A stretch of 64,000 nucleotides of DNA. Source: Faecalimonas sp. (GTDB lineage: Bacteria; Bacillota; Clostridia; Lachnospirales; Lachnospiraceae). Where the stretch lies: the NCBI GenBank assembly GCA_045593805.1, contig JAZNXJ010000009.1:5759-69758 (forward strand), written 5' to 3'. Both the position numbers and the translations under genes were made by a program. Below the pieces are notes generated by a model, which worked only from the letters and a program-made list of their open reading frames with translations, did not search any database and was not told the origin of the DNA. Below, one piece after another: positions 1-10,696 of the stretch. Position 1 is the first letter of the stretch. Every line of letters begins with the position of its first letter.

Positions 1-132
1 CATTGTGTAAATATTGTTCAAACGCTGATAATATAAGGATTCATAGACATATATAAAGATATATGGATTTATATGAAATTCGGCTCACAAATTACAATTC
101 CTAATTTCATAATTAATCTATCTCCTTTGTTA

Positions 133-795
133 TTAAATATAACTATCTCTGGTCTCCATCAGAATAATTGTCCCGGTTGGAAACATAATTTTCACTTCCG
201 TCTCCTGCAGCTCATTACTCACACACATGCTGCTGTTTGGACAAAGTCTGTAATGAGAAAGTGGGTACTTTGCACCTTCTATGGAAATATCCTCCACAAC
301 TCCGCCAAACGGAAATATAGAAAAATAATCTCCAAAACTCGCCTCTTTACAAAGCTTTACCGCTTTTTCTGCCAGAGAAATGCGATTGTTTGTGTCCTGC
401 AAATATGCCTTTACTCCATGTTCATGGGCAATTTTTAAAATCTGAATGTTTGCCATAACATGGTCAAGGCGGAAACCCGTACCTCCAAAAATCCAAACCT
501 TCTCTGCCCCTAATTCAATCGCCAGATGTAATGCAATCTCCGTATCTGATGCATCTTTTTCCGGTCTAAACTTCTGAATCGGCACCTGGGTTTGTCTTTC
601 ATAGTACTCCACAAGCTCTGCTTCCACACTATCAAAGTCTCCCACAATGTGGGTAGGCAGCACGTGGTTTCGATATAAAAATGTAAGTCCCTTGTCTACG
701 CCAATCACATATTCTGCTTGTATTTCATTTAACATCTGCAGCACGAATTTATCATCAATCATGCCACCGCTAATAATTACTGCTTTTTTACTCAT
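133..795 (-). CDS. thiN: thiamine diphosphokinase
   Basis: 220-aa ORF with GDFDS and GGTGxRxDH motifs. Start overlaps rpe stop by 8 nt. Confidence 0.85.
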   Translation of the reverse strand: MSKKAVIISGGMIDDKFVLQMLNEIQAEYVIGVDKGLTFLYRNHVLPTHIVGDFDSVEAELVEYYERQTQVPIQKFRPEKDASDTEIALHLAIELGAEKVWIFGGTGFRLDHVMANIQILKIAHEHGVKAYLQDTNNRISLAEKAVKLCKEASFGDYFSIFPFGGVVEDISIEGAKYPLSHYRLCPNSSMCVSNELQETEVKIMFPTGTIILMETRDSYI

Positions 796-1447
796 ATTTT
801 TTTAATATATCCATCATATCGATTGTGTTTTGCTTCGTATCGCCATTAAATACAGCCGAACCTGCCACAATAATATTGGCTCCTGCTTTTAATACCTCTT
901 CCACATTGTGAGTATAAATTCCACCATCCACCTGAATGTCTACACTCAAACCATTTTCATCAATCATGGCTTTTGTTTCCGATATTTTTTCAAGTGAACT
1001 TGGAATGAATTTCTGTCCTCCGAAACCTGGCTCTACTGACATAATTAAAATCATGTCAACCTTATCTAAATAAGGCTGTAATGCCGAAACAGGAGTATTC
1101 GGTTTAATGGAGATACCCACTTTACATCCGCATTCCTTGATTTTAGCAATCGTGGCATTCACATCCTCACATGCCTCCAAATGAATGGTAATCAAGTCTG
1201 CGCCTGCTTTCGCGAAATCTTCCACATATCGAATTGGCTCCGTAATCATTAAATGCACATCGCAAACCAAGTTCGTTCCTGGGCGAATGGATTTTAATAC
1301 TGGCATACCAAATGAAATACTTGGTACAAAAATCCCATCCATCACATCGAAATGTAAGTATTTCGCTCCATTTTCCTCAATTGCCTGAATTTCCTTACCT
1401 AATTCTTTAAAATCTGCTGATAGCATTGATGGGGCCAAAATTGTCAT
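788..1447 (-). CDS. rpe: ribulose-phosphate 3-epimerase
   Basis: 219-aa ORF with APSMLSADF and HFDVMDGxFVP motifs typical of Rpe. Confidence 0.95.
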   Translation of the reverse strand: MTILAPSMLSADFKELGKEIQAIEENGAKYLHFDVMDGIFVPSISFGMPVLKSIRPGTNLVCDVHLMITEPIRYVEDFAKAGADLITIHLEACEDVNATIAKIKECGCKVGISIKPNTPVSALQPYLDKVDMILIMSVEPGFGGQKFIPSSLEKISETKAMIDENGLSVDIQVDGGIYTHNVEEVLKAGANIIVAGSAVFNGDTKQNTIDMMDILKKYE

Positions 1448-1448
1448 G

Positions 1449-2327
1449 CTAATATCTCCTTTTCTCCTTCAGTTCATTGTACATTTCCAAATAATTTGCA
1501 TATCTTACCGGATGAATCTTTCCTTCATCCAAGGCATGCTTGACTGCGCAGCCGGGCTCATGGATATGGTCGCAGCCCAAGAATCTACACTGTCCTTCAT
1601 ATTCCGAAAATTCTGTAAAATAATACTTTAACTCTTCTTTTTCAAACTCATTGGTATATAGGGAACTAAATCCAGGGGTATCCATGATATAGGTATTATC
1701 CTCAATCCAGATTAATTCACTGTGTCGGGTCGTGTGTTTTCCTCGCTCTATCTTTTCGCTAATGCTTCCTGTCTCCATGTTGGCATTCGGTTGAAAAATA
1801 TTAATAAGGGAAGATTTCCCCACTCCGGAAGGTCCTGCAATTGCAGTTGTTTTACCTTGAAGAAGTTCCTTTAATTCTTCTGTATTCTCCTCTTCCACAG
1901 CACTGGTAAACACAATTCTGTAACCACATTTTTCATAAATATCTCTCAATTCCTGAATCTCCGGCTCTGTTGCAATATCCTTCTTGTTAAAACAAAGCAC
2001 TACCGGAATACCCTTGCTTTCCATCATAATAAGAAAACGGTCTAATAAATTGAAATGCGGTTTTGGCTTTGTGACTGCGAAGACCACCAACGCCTGGTCA
2101 ATATTAGCTACCGCCGGACGAATTAACTCATTTTTGCGTTCTATGATTTCTGTAATATTTCCCTTTTTTTCTGTTTCGTCTAAAATATCTATCTCAACAA
2201 TATCGCCAACCAAAGGTTTCATCTTTTCTTTTCGAAAAATCCCTTTAGCCTTACATTCATAAAGACCGGATTCTACTACATGTACGTAGTAGAATCCGGC
2301 AATTCCTTTTATAATCTTTCCTTGCAT
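1449..2327 (-). CDS. rsgA: ribosome small-subunit-dependent GTPase A
   Basis: 292 aa. Permuted GTPase motifs NKKD then GPSGVGKSSL, plus a C-terminal Cys/His cluster CRFLGCDHIHEPGC. Confidence 0.95.
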   Translation of the reverse strand: MQGKIIKGIAGFYYVHVVESGLYECKAKGIFRKEKMKPLVGDIVEIDILDETEKKGNITEIIERKNELIRPAVANIDQALVVFAVTKPKPHFNLLDRFLIMMESKGIPVVLCFNKKDIATEPEIQELRDIYEKCGYRIVFTSAVEEENTEELKELLQGKTTAIAGPSGVGKSSLINIFQPNANMETGSISEKIERGKHTTRHSELIWIEDNTYIMDTPGFSSLYTNEFEKEELKYYFTEFSEYEGQCRFLGCDHIHEPGCAVKHALDEGKIHPVRYANYLEMYNELKEKRRY

Positions 2328-2348
2328 AGATTAGTCCTTATATGCTTT

Positions 2349-4406
2349 CTATGGTGTAGGTCTGTTAGTTCCACCAGTGGAACCACCGTTGCCATTATCT
2401 GTGTCGGTGTTCCCCCCATCTTCCTCGTCTGGCTGCTGTGTTCCTGGGCCTGGCCCTATACTAACCTTAATGGTAATGGTAGAACCTTTTTCCACAGATT
2501 CACCTGCCTGTTCAACAGAAACAACAAACCCTTCATTGTACGTAGAACTCAAAGTTTCTTTATACTCAATCGTAAAATCACCCTTCAAGTTTTCAATCAT
2601 ACCCACAACTTGATCGGCCATCTTTCCCGCAAATTTATCGTTTGTAGGAATCTTTATCAATTCTTTCACTGCCACATAGTATTTTACAATTGTTCCTTTG
2701 TCCACTTCTTCATCTGCTTCAATTTCTTGTTTGAAAACAGTGCCATCCAGATACTCCTCATTGACCTCTTCTACAACTTCTCCAGTTAATCCCGCTGTTT
2801 TTAAAAGTTCTTCTGCCTGTTCTTTTGTTTTACCTTCAAGGTCTGGTACAAAGGTCTTACCCACACCTGTACTAATATAGATTGTAATTCTTGCTTTATA
2901 GTTTCTGCCCTCACCGGCTTCAGGATCAGTTCTAGTCGCCAAATCTTTCTTAACAGTCATGTGTTCTTCTGTTTTAACCTTGATGTTTTTTTCCTCGAAT
3001 CCTGCATCCACTAAAGCCTTAATTGCTTCTTCTTCTGTCTTGTTACTAACGTCCGGAATCTCAATCTCTTTTAATCCGGTACTTACATATACCTGCAGTT
3101 TTGCACCTTCCGGAAGTTCTGTTCCTTTTGCTGTTAATTGCTTGAAAATATAACCTTTTTCATATTTTAGTGCTTCCTCTTGACGAGCAACAACCAAAGT
3201 AACTCCAAGCTCCTTCAATGCTTCTTCTGCCTGCTCTACTGTCATTCCGACAACATCCGGAATACCCTTGTCTTCTCCTTGCTGAACAATAGGATCATTG
3301 TCACTAAAGATGCCGGCCAAGTTACCAATCACCCATGCCATAACTCCGACAAACAAAACAGATGCTACAATCAGCAAGATTTTCATAACCTTTGACATCT
3401 TAGGGTCAATATCTGAATTTTTCTTGCCAGCTCTGCGTTCTTTTTCGTCATCGTCATAATAATCATCATAATCGTCATAATCAGAATCAAAAGCCGCTTC
3501 ACCTTGGATACGTGCCATTTCTTCTGGTGTAACAATCACTGTATTCGTTGGACTGGTAAGTGGGGCTATTTTCACGAAATCACCATCCGGCTCTTGGATG
3601 GAGCGTTTCAAATCACGTGCCAGTGCCGAAACATTTGCATAACGTCTGTCCGCACTCTTCTGTGTACATTTCATGATAATCTGCTCTAAACTATATGGAA
3701 TCTCAGGTACAAGTTCTGATGGTGGAACAATATCCTCTTGCAAATGCTTGAGCGCAATAGAAACTGTTGAATCTCCGTCAAATGGCAATTCACCTGTAAT
3801 CATCTCATACATGGTAATACCAAGAGAATAGATATCACTCTTTGCATTACTAAATCCGCCTCTTGCCTGTTCCGGAGATGTGTAATGTACAGAGCCCATA
3901 ACATTGGTACTAATTGTGTTTGATGATGTCGCCTTTGCAATACCAAAATCTGTAACCTTTACTTTGCCTTCTTTGGAAATAATAATATTCTGCGGTTTAA
4001 TATCACGATGAATAATATTATTGCTATGAGCTGCATCCATAGCTGAACTCACCTGCATAGTAATACCGATTACTTCCTTGGCTGTCAATCTTCCTTTTTT
4101 CTGAATGTAATCTTTCAGTGTAATGCCTTCCACTAATTCCATCACTATGTAGTAAAGCCCGCGGTCTTCTGCTACATCATAAACATTTACAATATTCGCA
4201 TGAGTAAGTCCTGCAGCAGACTGCGCCTCTGACCAAAACTTCTTTACAAAATTCTCATCTGCGCTAAATTCTTTCTTTAGAACCTTTACAGCAACGTATC
4301 GATTCAATACACGGTCAATTGCTTTATATACATTCGCCATGCCACCTGAACCAATTTTATCTATAATCTCGTATCTGCTACCTAATAAAACGCCTTCTTT
4401 AATCAT
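2349..4406 (-). CDS. prkC: Ser/Thr protein kinase with PASTA repeats
   Basis: 685 aa. Hanks kinase motifs (GSGGMANVYKA, HRDIKPQN, DFG), one TM helix, then repeated PASTA-like modules. Confidence 0.95.
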   Translation of the reverse strand: MIKEGVLLGSRYEIIDKIGSGGMANVYKAIDRVLNRYVAVKVLKKEFSADENFVKKFWSEAQSAAGLTHANIVNVYDVAEDRGLYYIVMELVEGITLKDYIQKKGRLTAKEVIGITMQVSSAMDAAHSNNIIHRDIKPQNIIISKEGKVKVTDFGIAKATSSNTISTNVMGSVHYTSPEQARGGFSNAKSDIYSLGITMYEMITGELPFDGDSTVSIALKHLQEDIVPPSELVPEIPYSLEQIIMKCTQKSADRRYANVSALARDLKRSIQEPDGDFVKIAPLTSPTNTVIVTPEEMARIQGEAAFDSDYDDYDDYYDDDEKERRAGKKNSDIDPKMSKVMKILLIVASVLFVGVMAWVIGNLAGIFSDNDPIVQQGEDKGIPDVVGMTVEQAEEALKELGVTLVVARQEEALKYEKGYIFKQLTAKGTELPEGAKLQVYVSTGLKEIEIPDVSNKTEEEAIKALVDAGFEEKNIKVKTEEHMTVKKDLATRTDPEAGEGRNYKARITIYISTGVGKTFVPDLEGKTKEQAEELLKTAGLTGEVVEEVNEEYLDGTVFKQEIEADEEVDKGTIVKYYVAVKELIKIPTNDKFAGKMADQVVGMIENLKGDFTIEYKETLSSTYNEGFVVSVEQAGESVEKGSTITIKVSIGPGPGTQQPDEEDGGNTDTDNGNGGSTGGTNRPTP

Positions 4407-5143
4407 AATTTCACCTCATCTGCGAATGCATCAACAGCTACAATACCAATGTTGTCTTTACCACCATTTTCATTCGCTTTGTTTATTAATTCTTCCACCG
4501 CTTCTACAATATCTCTTGAACCCTTTACAATATGCAATATTTCTGTATCTTCAACCATATTGCTCAATCCATCGGTACACATTATAATCATGTCACCCTT
4601 TTTCAGTCGATATTCATAGAAATCAACTTCTACCTGTTCTTTTGCCCCGATGGCTCTCGTAATGATATTCTTATCAGGATGGTTTTTGGCATCCTCTTGT
4701 TTGATACCGCCAAGTCTTACCATCTCCTGAACCAAGGAATGGTCTTTGGACACTTGTTTAATATCATGATTCAATAAATACAAACGGCTATCGCCTACAT
4801 TGGCAAAATATAATGTGCGTTCAATCACTGTGGCTACTACCAAAGTGGTTCCCATACCTTCTAATTTCGAGTCCTGCCTTGCTGTTTCGAGCAGCCTCTG
4901 ATTAGCAGATGTAATTGCTTGCCGAATCATTGCCTCCGGACCCTCTTCCATGCTCTTAGCCAGTTCGTCCTTCACAACTTCAACCGTAAATCGCGAAGCA
5001 TACTCACCAGCCTTATGGCCTCCCATTCCGTCCGCAACAATGAAAAGATTTGGAAGCTTGCCTACGGGCAAATCAGAAACATATACGTAATCCTGATTCA
5101 CCTCACGGACCATTCCAATATCCGTCTTTGAAAACGTCTTCAT
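4403..5143 (-). CDS. prpC: PP2C-family Ser/Thr phosphatase (Stp1/PrpC)
   Basis: 246 aa with ADGMGGH and TDGLSN motifs. 4-nt overlap with prkC. Confidence 0.93.
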   Translation of the reverse strand: MKTFSKTDIGMVREVNQDYVYVSDLPVGKLPNLFIVADGMGGHKAGEYASRFTVEVVKDELAKSMEEGPEAMIRQAITSANQRLLETARQDSKLEGMGTTLVVATVIERTLYFANVGDSRLYLLNHDIKQVSKDHSLVQEMVRLGGIKQEDAKNHPDKNIITRAIGAKEQVEVDFYEYRLKKGDMIIMCTDGLSNMVEDTEILHIVKGSRDIVEAVEELINKANENGGKDNIGIVAVDAFADEVKL

Positions 5144-5222
5144 AAAATTCTCCTTTTAATTAAGAGTACTATTTTCCTCATAACATCTTACCACACAAAA
5201 AAAGAAAGAACAAGGCTTAAAA

Positions 5223-6191
5223 TTACCGTGTTACTTCACTCTTTATCCTATCCATACACATATGAACACCCATACAAAGCCTACTGCTCTCTTCATATTG
5301 TTCTAACATTTTTCCCTGAATAAAGTCAGCAAAGGCAGAAGCCTCGTAACTCATAAGAACATCCTTCTTTTCTTCTATGTATAGTGCCCTTTTCTCCCCG
5401 TTCACAATTAAATAAGCACCCATATATAGTCCGACTCGTTCAATGACAACTGAACCCTTATCTCCAATGATTTCACACGGGGTTACGCTCTGACCTATCT
5501 TACTATAAGACAAAACTGCCGGAAACGTCTCATACTCAAAAATGGCTCCTCCACTTCCATCAGCTCCGTTATACAAATACGTTGCGGTTGCCTTAATATC
5601 CTTAGGTACTCCAAGCAAATCAACAGCTGCATATACGCAATAGATACCTAAATCCATAAGTGTTCCAGCCGCCAGAGACATGTCAAAAATATTCACATGT
5701 TCCCCACGCATGAATGCATCATATCTACTGGAAAGTTGACAATAATCTATTTTTGCCATCACGATATTACCAATCATACCAAGAGCTTCCTTGATACGTT
5801 CGCTACTCTTTCCAAAAACAGGAATAATTGCTTCCATGTATATTAACCCATGCTCATCTGCTAACCGTTTTAAACGCTTATATCCTTCTAAAGATGTTGC
5901 AATTGGTTTTTCACAGATAACGTGCTTTCCCCCTCGCAGCAATTGCTCGCTCTGCCACTCATGGCAACTATTTGGAGAAGCTATATACACTGCTTCAATT
6001 TCCGTATCGTTAACTAAGTCGGTAATATCTGTGTATACCTTAGATACGCCTTGCTTATCCGCATATTCTCTTCCCGTCTCTACTTGACGTGAATATATAG
6101 CTTCTAATTGAAGTTTTCCACTCAATCTTGCTCCCTCTATAAAAGTGTCTACAATCTTGCCGCGCCCTATTACTGCATATTTTATCATCAC
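5223..6191 (-). CDS. Gfo/Idh/MocA family oxidoreductase
   Basis: 322 aa. N-terminal Rossmann YAVIGRGKI and EKP motif. Start may be the second Met. Confidence 0.8.
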   Translation of the reverse strand: MMIKYAVIGRGKIVDTFIEGARLSGKLQLEAIYSRQVETGREYADKQGVSKVYTDITDLVNDTEIEAVYIASPNSCHEWQSEQLLRGGKHVICEKPIATSLEGYKRLKRLADEHGLIYMEAIIPVFGKSSERIKEALGMIGNIVMAKIDYCQLSSRYDAFMRGEHVNIFDMSLAAGTLMDLGIYCVYAAVDLLGVPKDIKATATYLYNGADGSGGAIFEYETFPAVLSYSKIGQSVTPCEIIGDKGSVVIERVGLYMGAYLIVNGEKRALYIEEKKDVLMSYEASAFADFIQGKMLEQYEESSRLCMGVHMCMDRIKSEVTR

Positions 6192-6216
6192 TTCACCTCA
6201 ATTATTGAATTATGCT

Positions 6217-7254
6217 CTATTTCCTTTCAACATAACGTCGTCTCAACTGTCCACAGGCTCCGTCTATATCCGAACCCATTTCTCTTCTTATCGTGACATT
6301 AACCCCGCTTTTTTCAATTTTATTTTTAAAATCTTCCGCACTTCTCCTGCTTGGTTTCTGAAAATCTCTCTCTTTTATCGGATTTACCGGAATCAAATTC
6401 AAATGACAATTCCTAGGTTGAAGGATGCCGATTAACTCGCTTGCATCTTCATCCCTATCATTTACTCCTTGCACAAGGCTATATTCGAAGGTGATTCTTC
6501 GTCCTGTTTTTTCGAAATAATAGTCGCATGCTTCCAGCACCTCTGAGAGCTCATATTTATTTGCAATTGGCATCAATGTCTTACGTTTTTCCTGTGTGGA
6601 ACCATGTAATGACAACGCTAATGTAATTTGAAAGCGCTCCTCTGCCAGAAGCTTCATGTTTGGTACAATGCCACAGGTGGACACAGTAATGTTTCTCTGG
6701 CTGATATTGAGTCCATTTTCATCGGTTACCAAGCGGATAAATCGTACAAAATTTTCATAGTTATCAAGCGGTTCACCGGTTCCCATAATCACTATATTGG
6801 AAACACGTTCTCCTGATATTTTCTGAATCTGATAAATCTGTCCAAGCATCTCTGACGAAAGCAGATTTCTCTCCAAACCGCCAATGGTAGATGCACAGAA
6901 TTTACATCCCATTCTGCAACCAACCTGTGAAGAAATGCATACAGAGTTGCCGTGTTTATAGCGCATTAACACACTTTCCACCACATTTCCATCTTCCAAT
7001 TGAAACAGAAACTTATTGGTTCCATCCATCTCTGAAACCTGTCGTTCCAACATTTTCACACTTGGAATGCGGTATGCGGCATCTAGTTTCTCCCGCAAGC
7101 CTTTAGAAAGATTGGTCATTTCATCAAAGGAATCTGCAAGCTTTGTATGTAGCCATTCATATACCTGTTTGGCACGAAAGGCTTTCTCACCTATGCTCTC
7201 CATTTCTATTTTCAGTTCGTCTAACGATAAAGATAAAATGTCTTTTTTATCCAT
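6217..7254 (-). CDS. rlmN: 23S rRNA/tRNA (adenine-C2)-methyltransferase, radical SAM
   Basis: 345 aa. CRMGCKFC radical-SAM motif and conserved C-terminal GxDIDAACGQL. Confidence 0.95.
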   Translation of the reverse strand: MDKKDILSLSLDELKIEMESIGEKAFRAKQVYEWLHTKLADSFDEMTNLSKGLREKLDAAYRIPSVKMLERQVSEMDGTNKFLFQLEDGNVVESVLMRYKHGNSVCISSQVGCRMGCKFCASTIGGLERNLLSSEMLGQIYQIQKISGERVSNIVIMGTGEPLDNYENFVRFIRLVTDENGLNISQRNITVSTCGIVPNMKLLAEERFQITLALSLHGSTQEKRKTLMPIANKYELSEVLEACDYYFEKTGRRITFEYSLVQGVNDRDEDASELIGILQPRNCHLNLIPVNPIKERDFQKPSRRSAEDFKNKIEKSGVNVTIRREMGSDIDGACGQLRRRYVERK

Positions 7255-8542
7255 GTTTCACCTTCTTAAATTTCGCAATAAAAAATCCGTCACTTTCATG
7301 CACGCCCGGAAGGAGTTGTTGACTGAAAACCAGTTCAAAATCTGAGTTTTCAGAAAGAAACCACTCTACATTTCCCATATTCTCTGCCTCATGAATGGTA
7401 CAGGTACTGTAAACCAAAGTGCCGCCCGATTTTACATACTGCTTAACGATTGACAAAATCTCCCGCTGCAGTTTCACAAGTTCTCCCTGTGTCAACTCTG
7501 TCATCTTATATTTCAAATCAGTCTTTTTACCAAGAACGCCAAGTCCGGAGCATGGCAAATCTGCAATTACAATATCTGCCTTTTCTACTGCATTTTCATC
7601 TAATATTGTCGCATCCCAGCGTACCGCTTCGATATTCTTCATACCGGAGCGCATAATATTTTCTTGAATCAAGTTCACTTTATAATCGGTTAAATCTCTG
7701 GCTTCCACATGTCCTGTCCCCTGTAAAAGTTCCGCCATGTGAAGTGCCTTTCCACCTGGTGCTGCACAGACATCGATGACAACATCTCCCTCTTTAGGTT
7801 CTGCCATATGAGACACCAGCATAGAACTGATATCCTGTACATGGAAAGCCCCTTGTTGAAATGCTTTTAAGTCCGCAAGGTAATCGTAGCCCGATATCTG
7901 AAGCGCATATGGTAGATATGGATGTTCTTCCGCCTTTACACCTTCAGCCTTCAGTTCCTCCATCAGTTGTTCCTTGGACATTTGATTCAGATTGCAACGA
8001 ATGGTAGTCGGTTGTTCCTTCTGAAAATCTGCTAACATTGTCTCAACTGTTTCTCTATCATACCTTGACAGCCACTGTTCTAAAATCCACTCTGGCATGG
8101 AATATTTCACATGCAAATATTCTATTAGATTCGTCTCTTCCGGATATGTAATTGTTTCCAGGTTTCGCTCGATATTGCGAAGTACCCCGTTTACAAAACC
8201 TTTTAAAGTAGAAAATCCCTTCTTGGTCGCCAGCTTTACTGCTTCATTGCATGCCGCCGAGTTTGGAACACTGTCCATATATTTTAGTTGATAAACCGCA
8301 CTTCTTAAAATATTGCGGATGACCGGCTTCATCTTATTTACCTTGACTTTTGAAAACTGATTGATGATATAATCCAACTCAATCATATGCTCCAAAGTTC
8401 CTTCCGTCACCCTTGTGATAAATGCGCGCTCTTTCTTATCCAGATATTGATATTTATTTAAAACATTGCGAAGCGCAATGTGGCTATATTCCCCGTCGCG
8501 CGTCACTTCCAATAATATTCCAAGCACTAGTTCCCTAGTCAT
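7247..8542 (-). CDS. rsmB: 16S rRNA (cytosine967-C5)-methyltransferase
   Basis: 431 aa. NusB-like N-terminus, DVCAAPGGK SAM motif and DLPCSGLG motif. Confidence 0.93.
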   Translation of the reverse strand: MTRELVLGILLEVTRDGEYSHIALRNVLNKYQYLDKKERAFITRVTEGTLEHMIELDYIINQFSKVKVNKMKPVIRNILRSAVYQLKYMDSVPNSAACNEAVKLATKKGFSTLKGFVNGVLRNIERNLETITYPEETNLIEYLHVKYSMPEWILEQWLSRYDRETVETMLADFQKEQPTTIRCNLNQMSKEQLMEELKAEGVKAEEHPYLPYALQISGYDYLADLKAFQQGAFHVQDISSMLVSHMAEPKEGDVVIDVCAAPGGKALHMAELLQGTGHVEARDLTDYKVNLIQENIMRSGMKNIEAVRWDATILDENAVEKADIVIADLPCSGLGVLGKKTDLKYKMTELTQGELVKLQREILSIVKQYVKSGGTLVYSTCTIHEAENMGNVEWFLSENSDFELVFSQQLLPGVHESDGFFIAKFKKVKHG

Positions 8543-9242
8543 TCCGTCTTCTTCCTCCTGTTAAAAGGATGATTCGAAGGAGCTGTAAAATCGCAGTTGC
8601 TGCACTCGCAACATAAGTAAGAGCTGCTGCATTTAATACCTTTCTCGCCGCCACAATTTCTTCTCCATGCATCATGCCGCTATCTGCAATCATACGAATG
8701 GCACGGTTAGATGCGTTAAATTCTACAGGCAGTGTAATAAGCTGAAATAAAACTGCCCCTGAAAATGCAATAATTCCTAAATTGATAAACAAACTAGAGG
8801 ACTCACTGGTAAACAATAAGCCGATTAAAATCAACGGCCATGCAATTTTTGCGCCGAAATTTGCAATCGGCACCAATGTACTTCTAAGTTTTAACGGCGC
8901 ATATCCCTTTGCATGCTGAATGGCATGTCCGCATTCGTGGGTTGCAACGCCTACGGCTGCCACGGATGTACTTCCATAAACCGTATCCGAAAGACGAAGC
9001 ACCTTGTTTCTCGGGTCGTAATGGTCCGTCAGATTTCCTGCAATACGCTCGATTCTTACATCGTAAATTCCTGCTCTATGGAGCACCTGCTCTGCTGCCT
9101 CTGCACCAGTAATCCCCCTGCTGTTCCTCACATTAGAAAATCTCGCAAAGGTAGTTTTTACCTTTCCAGATGCAAGTAAACTTAATGCTACTCCAATTAA
9201 TACTAAAAAATATGTTGGATCAAAATAAAATGGATAAAACAT
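8535..9242 (-). CDS. membrane zinc metallopeptidase (Zn_peptidase_2-like)
   Basis: 235 aa. HECGH(A)IQH HExxH motif and TM segments. Confidence 0.8.
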   Translation of the reverse strand: MFYPFYFDPTYFLVLIGVALSLLASGKVKTTFARFSNVRNSRGITGAEAAEQVLHRAGIYDVRIERIAGNLTDHYDPRNKVLRLSDTVYGSTSVAAVGVATHECGHAIQHAKGYAPLKLRSTLVPIANFGAKIAWPLILIGLLFTSESSSLFINLGIIAFSGAVLFQLITLPVEFNASNRAIRMIADSGMMHGEEIVAARKVLNAAALTYVASAATAILQLLRIILLTGGRRRND

Positions 9243-10180
9243 TAGCCTAAAATCTCTCCTTCTCTTACTTGATACCCTCTCATAAATGCACCCGCATCCA
9301 TACGCTTCTTCCCAGGAATCTGAAGCTCACATACTTTTAATAAGCCATCTCCTGTCTGCACGTAAAATGCGTCCTTTTCTACTTTTACAATCATTCCAGG
9401 CGCTGCGCCGTCTGCTTTCTCTGATTCTTCCAATGCACAGGCATCCCAGATTTTCATTACCTTCTCATTCCAATTTGTATAAGCGCTTGGCCAAGGTGAA
9501 AGACCGCGAATCAAACGTTCAATGGCCTTTGCTTCCCTTTTCCAATCAATACTTCCCAACTGCTTATCCAACATTTTTGCATATGCAGTTGTCGTTTCTC
9601 CTTGTGGAATCGGAGTCACTGTTTTTTCTTCTAAAGCCTTTAACGTCTCGACGCAGAGCTTTGCCCCTGCCTCTGAGAGTTTATCATGAAGGCTGCCTCC
9701 TGTTTCCTTTGAGTCCATTGGAATCTCGGTTTTGAGTAACATATCTCCTGTATCCAAACCTTCATCCATCTGCATAGTTGTAACTCCGGTTACTTCCTCT
9801 CCGTCAATGATTGCCCATTGTATCGGCGCTGCACCACGGTATTTTGGAAGCAAGGATGCGTGTACATTCACACAACCATATTCGCACATTTCCAAAATCT
9901 CTTTTGGTAAAATCTGCCCAAATGCTACAACGACCATTATATCCGCCTCATATTTCCGAAGCTCCTCGATACACTCCAGTTCTCTCACCCTTCTTGGTTG
10001 ATACACAGGAATGTTAAATTTTAGTGCACACTCCTTCACAGGTGTGAACTGCATCTCTTTTCCTCTGCCTTTTGGTTTGTCCGGCTGAGTCACGGCAAGA
10101 ACCACTTCATGTCCTGCTTCTACCAAAGCCTCCAAAGTTCCCACGGAAAAATCAGGAGTTCCCATAAAAATTACTTTCAT
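9242..10180 (-). CDS. fmt: methionyl-tRNA formyltransferase
   Basis: 312 aa. MKVIFMGTPDF N-terminus and HASLLPKYRGAAPI motif. Confidence 0.95.
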   Translation of the reverse strand: MKVIFMGTPDFSVGTLEALVEAGHEVVLAVTQPDKPKGRGKEMQFTPVKECALKFNIPVYQPRRVRELECIEELRKYEADIMVVVAFGQILPKEILEMCEYGCVNVHASLLPKYRGAAPIQWAIIDGEEVTGVTTMQMDEGLDTGDMLLKTEIPMDSKETGGSLHDKLSEAGAKLCVETLKALEEKTVTPIPQGETTTAYAKMLDKQLGSIDWKREAKAIERLIRGLSPWPSAYTNWNEKVMKIWDACALEESEKADGAAPGMIVKVEKDAFYVQTGDGLLKVCELQIPGKKRMDAGAFMRGYQVREGEILG

Positions 10181-10192
10181 TAGCCTTCCTCC

Positions 10193-10678
10193 TTATTCTT
10201 CTTCCATTTCCTCATCTTCATACGTTACATCGTGAATTTCTCCTTCCACTTTTTCCACGTATAAATGTCCGTCTAAATGGTCAATCTCATGACAAAAGGC
10301 TCTCGCAAGCAAACCTTCTCCTTCGTATACAACTTCTTTCATATTTTCATTCAAAGCTTTAACTTTTACATAATTTGGACGAGTAACACAGCCTGCTTTT
10401 CCTGGTACACTAAGGCAACCTTCATCTCCGGTTTGTTCCCCTCTGGTTTCCAAAATCTCAGGATTGATTAAGATGATTGGACCTTCTCCAACATCAATTA
10501 CTACAATTCTTCGAAGTACTCCAACCTGTGGCGCCGCCAGACCAACACCCTGTGCTTCATACATGGTATCCAACATATCCTCAATGAGAATTGCCATGCG
10601 AGGTGTCATCATCTTGACCTCTTTACATGCTTTCGTCAGTACTTCATCACCCATTGTTCGAATTTCTCTAATCGCCAT
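10193..10678 (-). CDS. def: peptide deformylase
   Basis: 161 aa with GVGLAAPQ, EGCLS and HEIDH motifs. Confidence 0.95.
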   Translation of the reverse strand: MAIREIRTMGDEVLTKACKEVKMMTPRMAILIEDMLDTMYEAQGVGLAAPQVGVLRRIVVIDVGEGPIILINPEILETRGEQTGDEGCLSVPGKAGCVTRPNYVKVKALNENMKEVVYEGEGLLARAFCHEIDHLDGHLYVEKVEGEIHDVTYEDEEMEEE

Positions 10679-10696
10679 CTTTTTATAGTCTCCTTT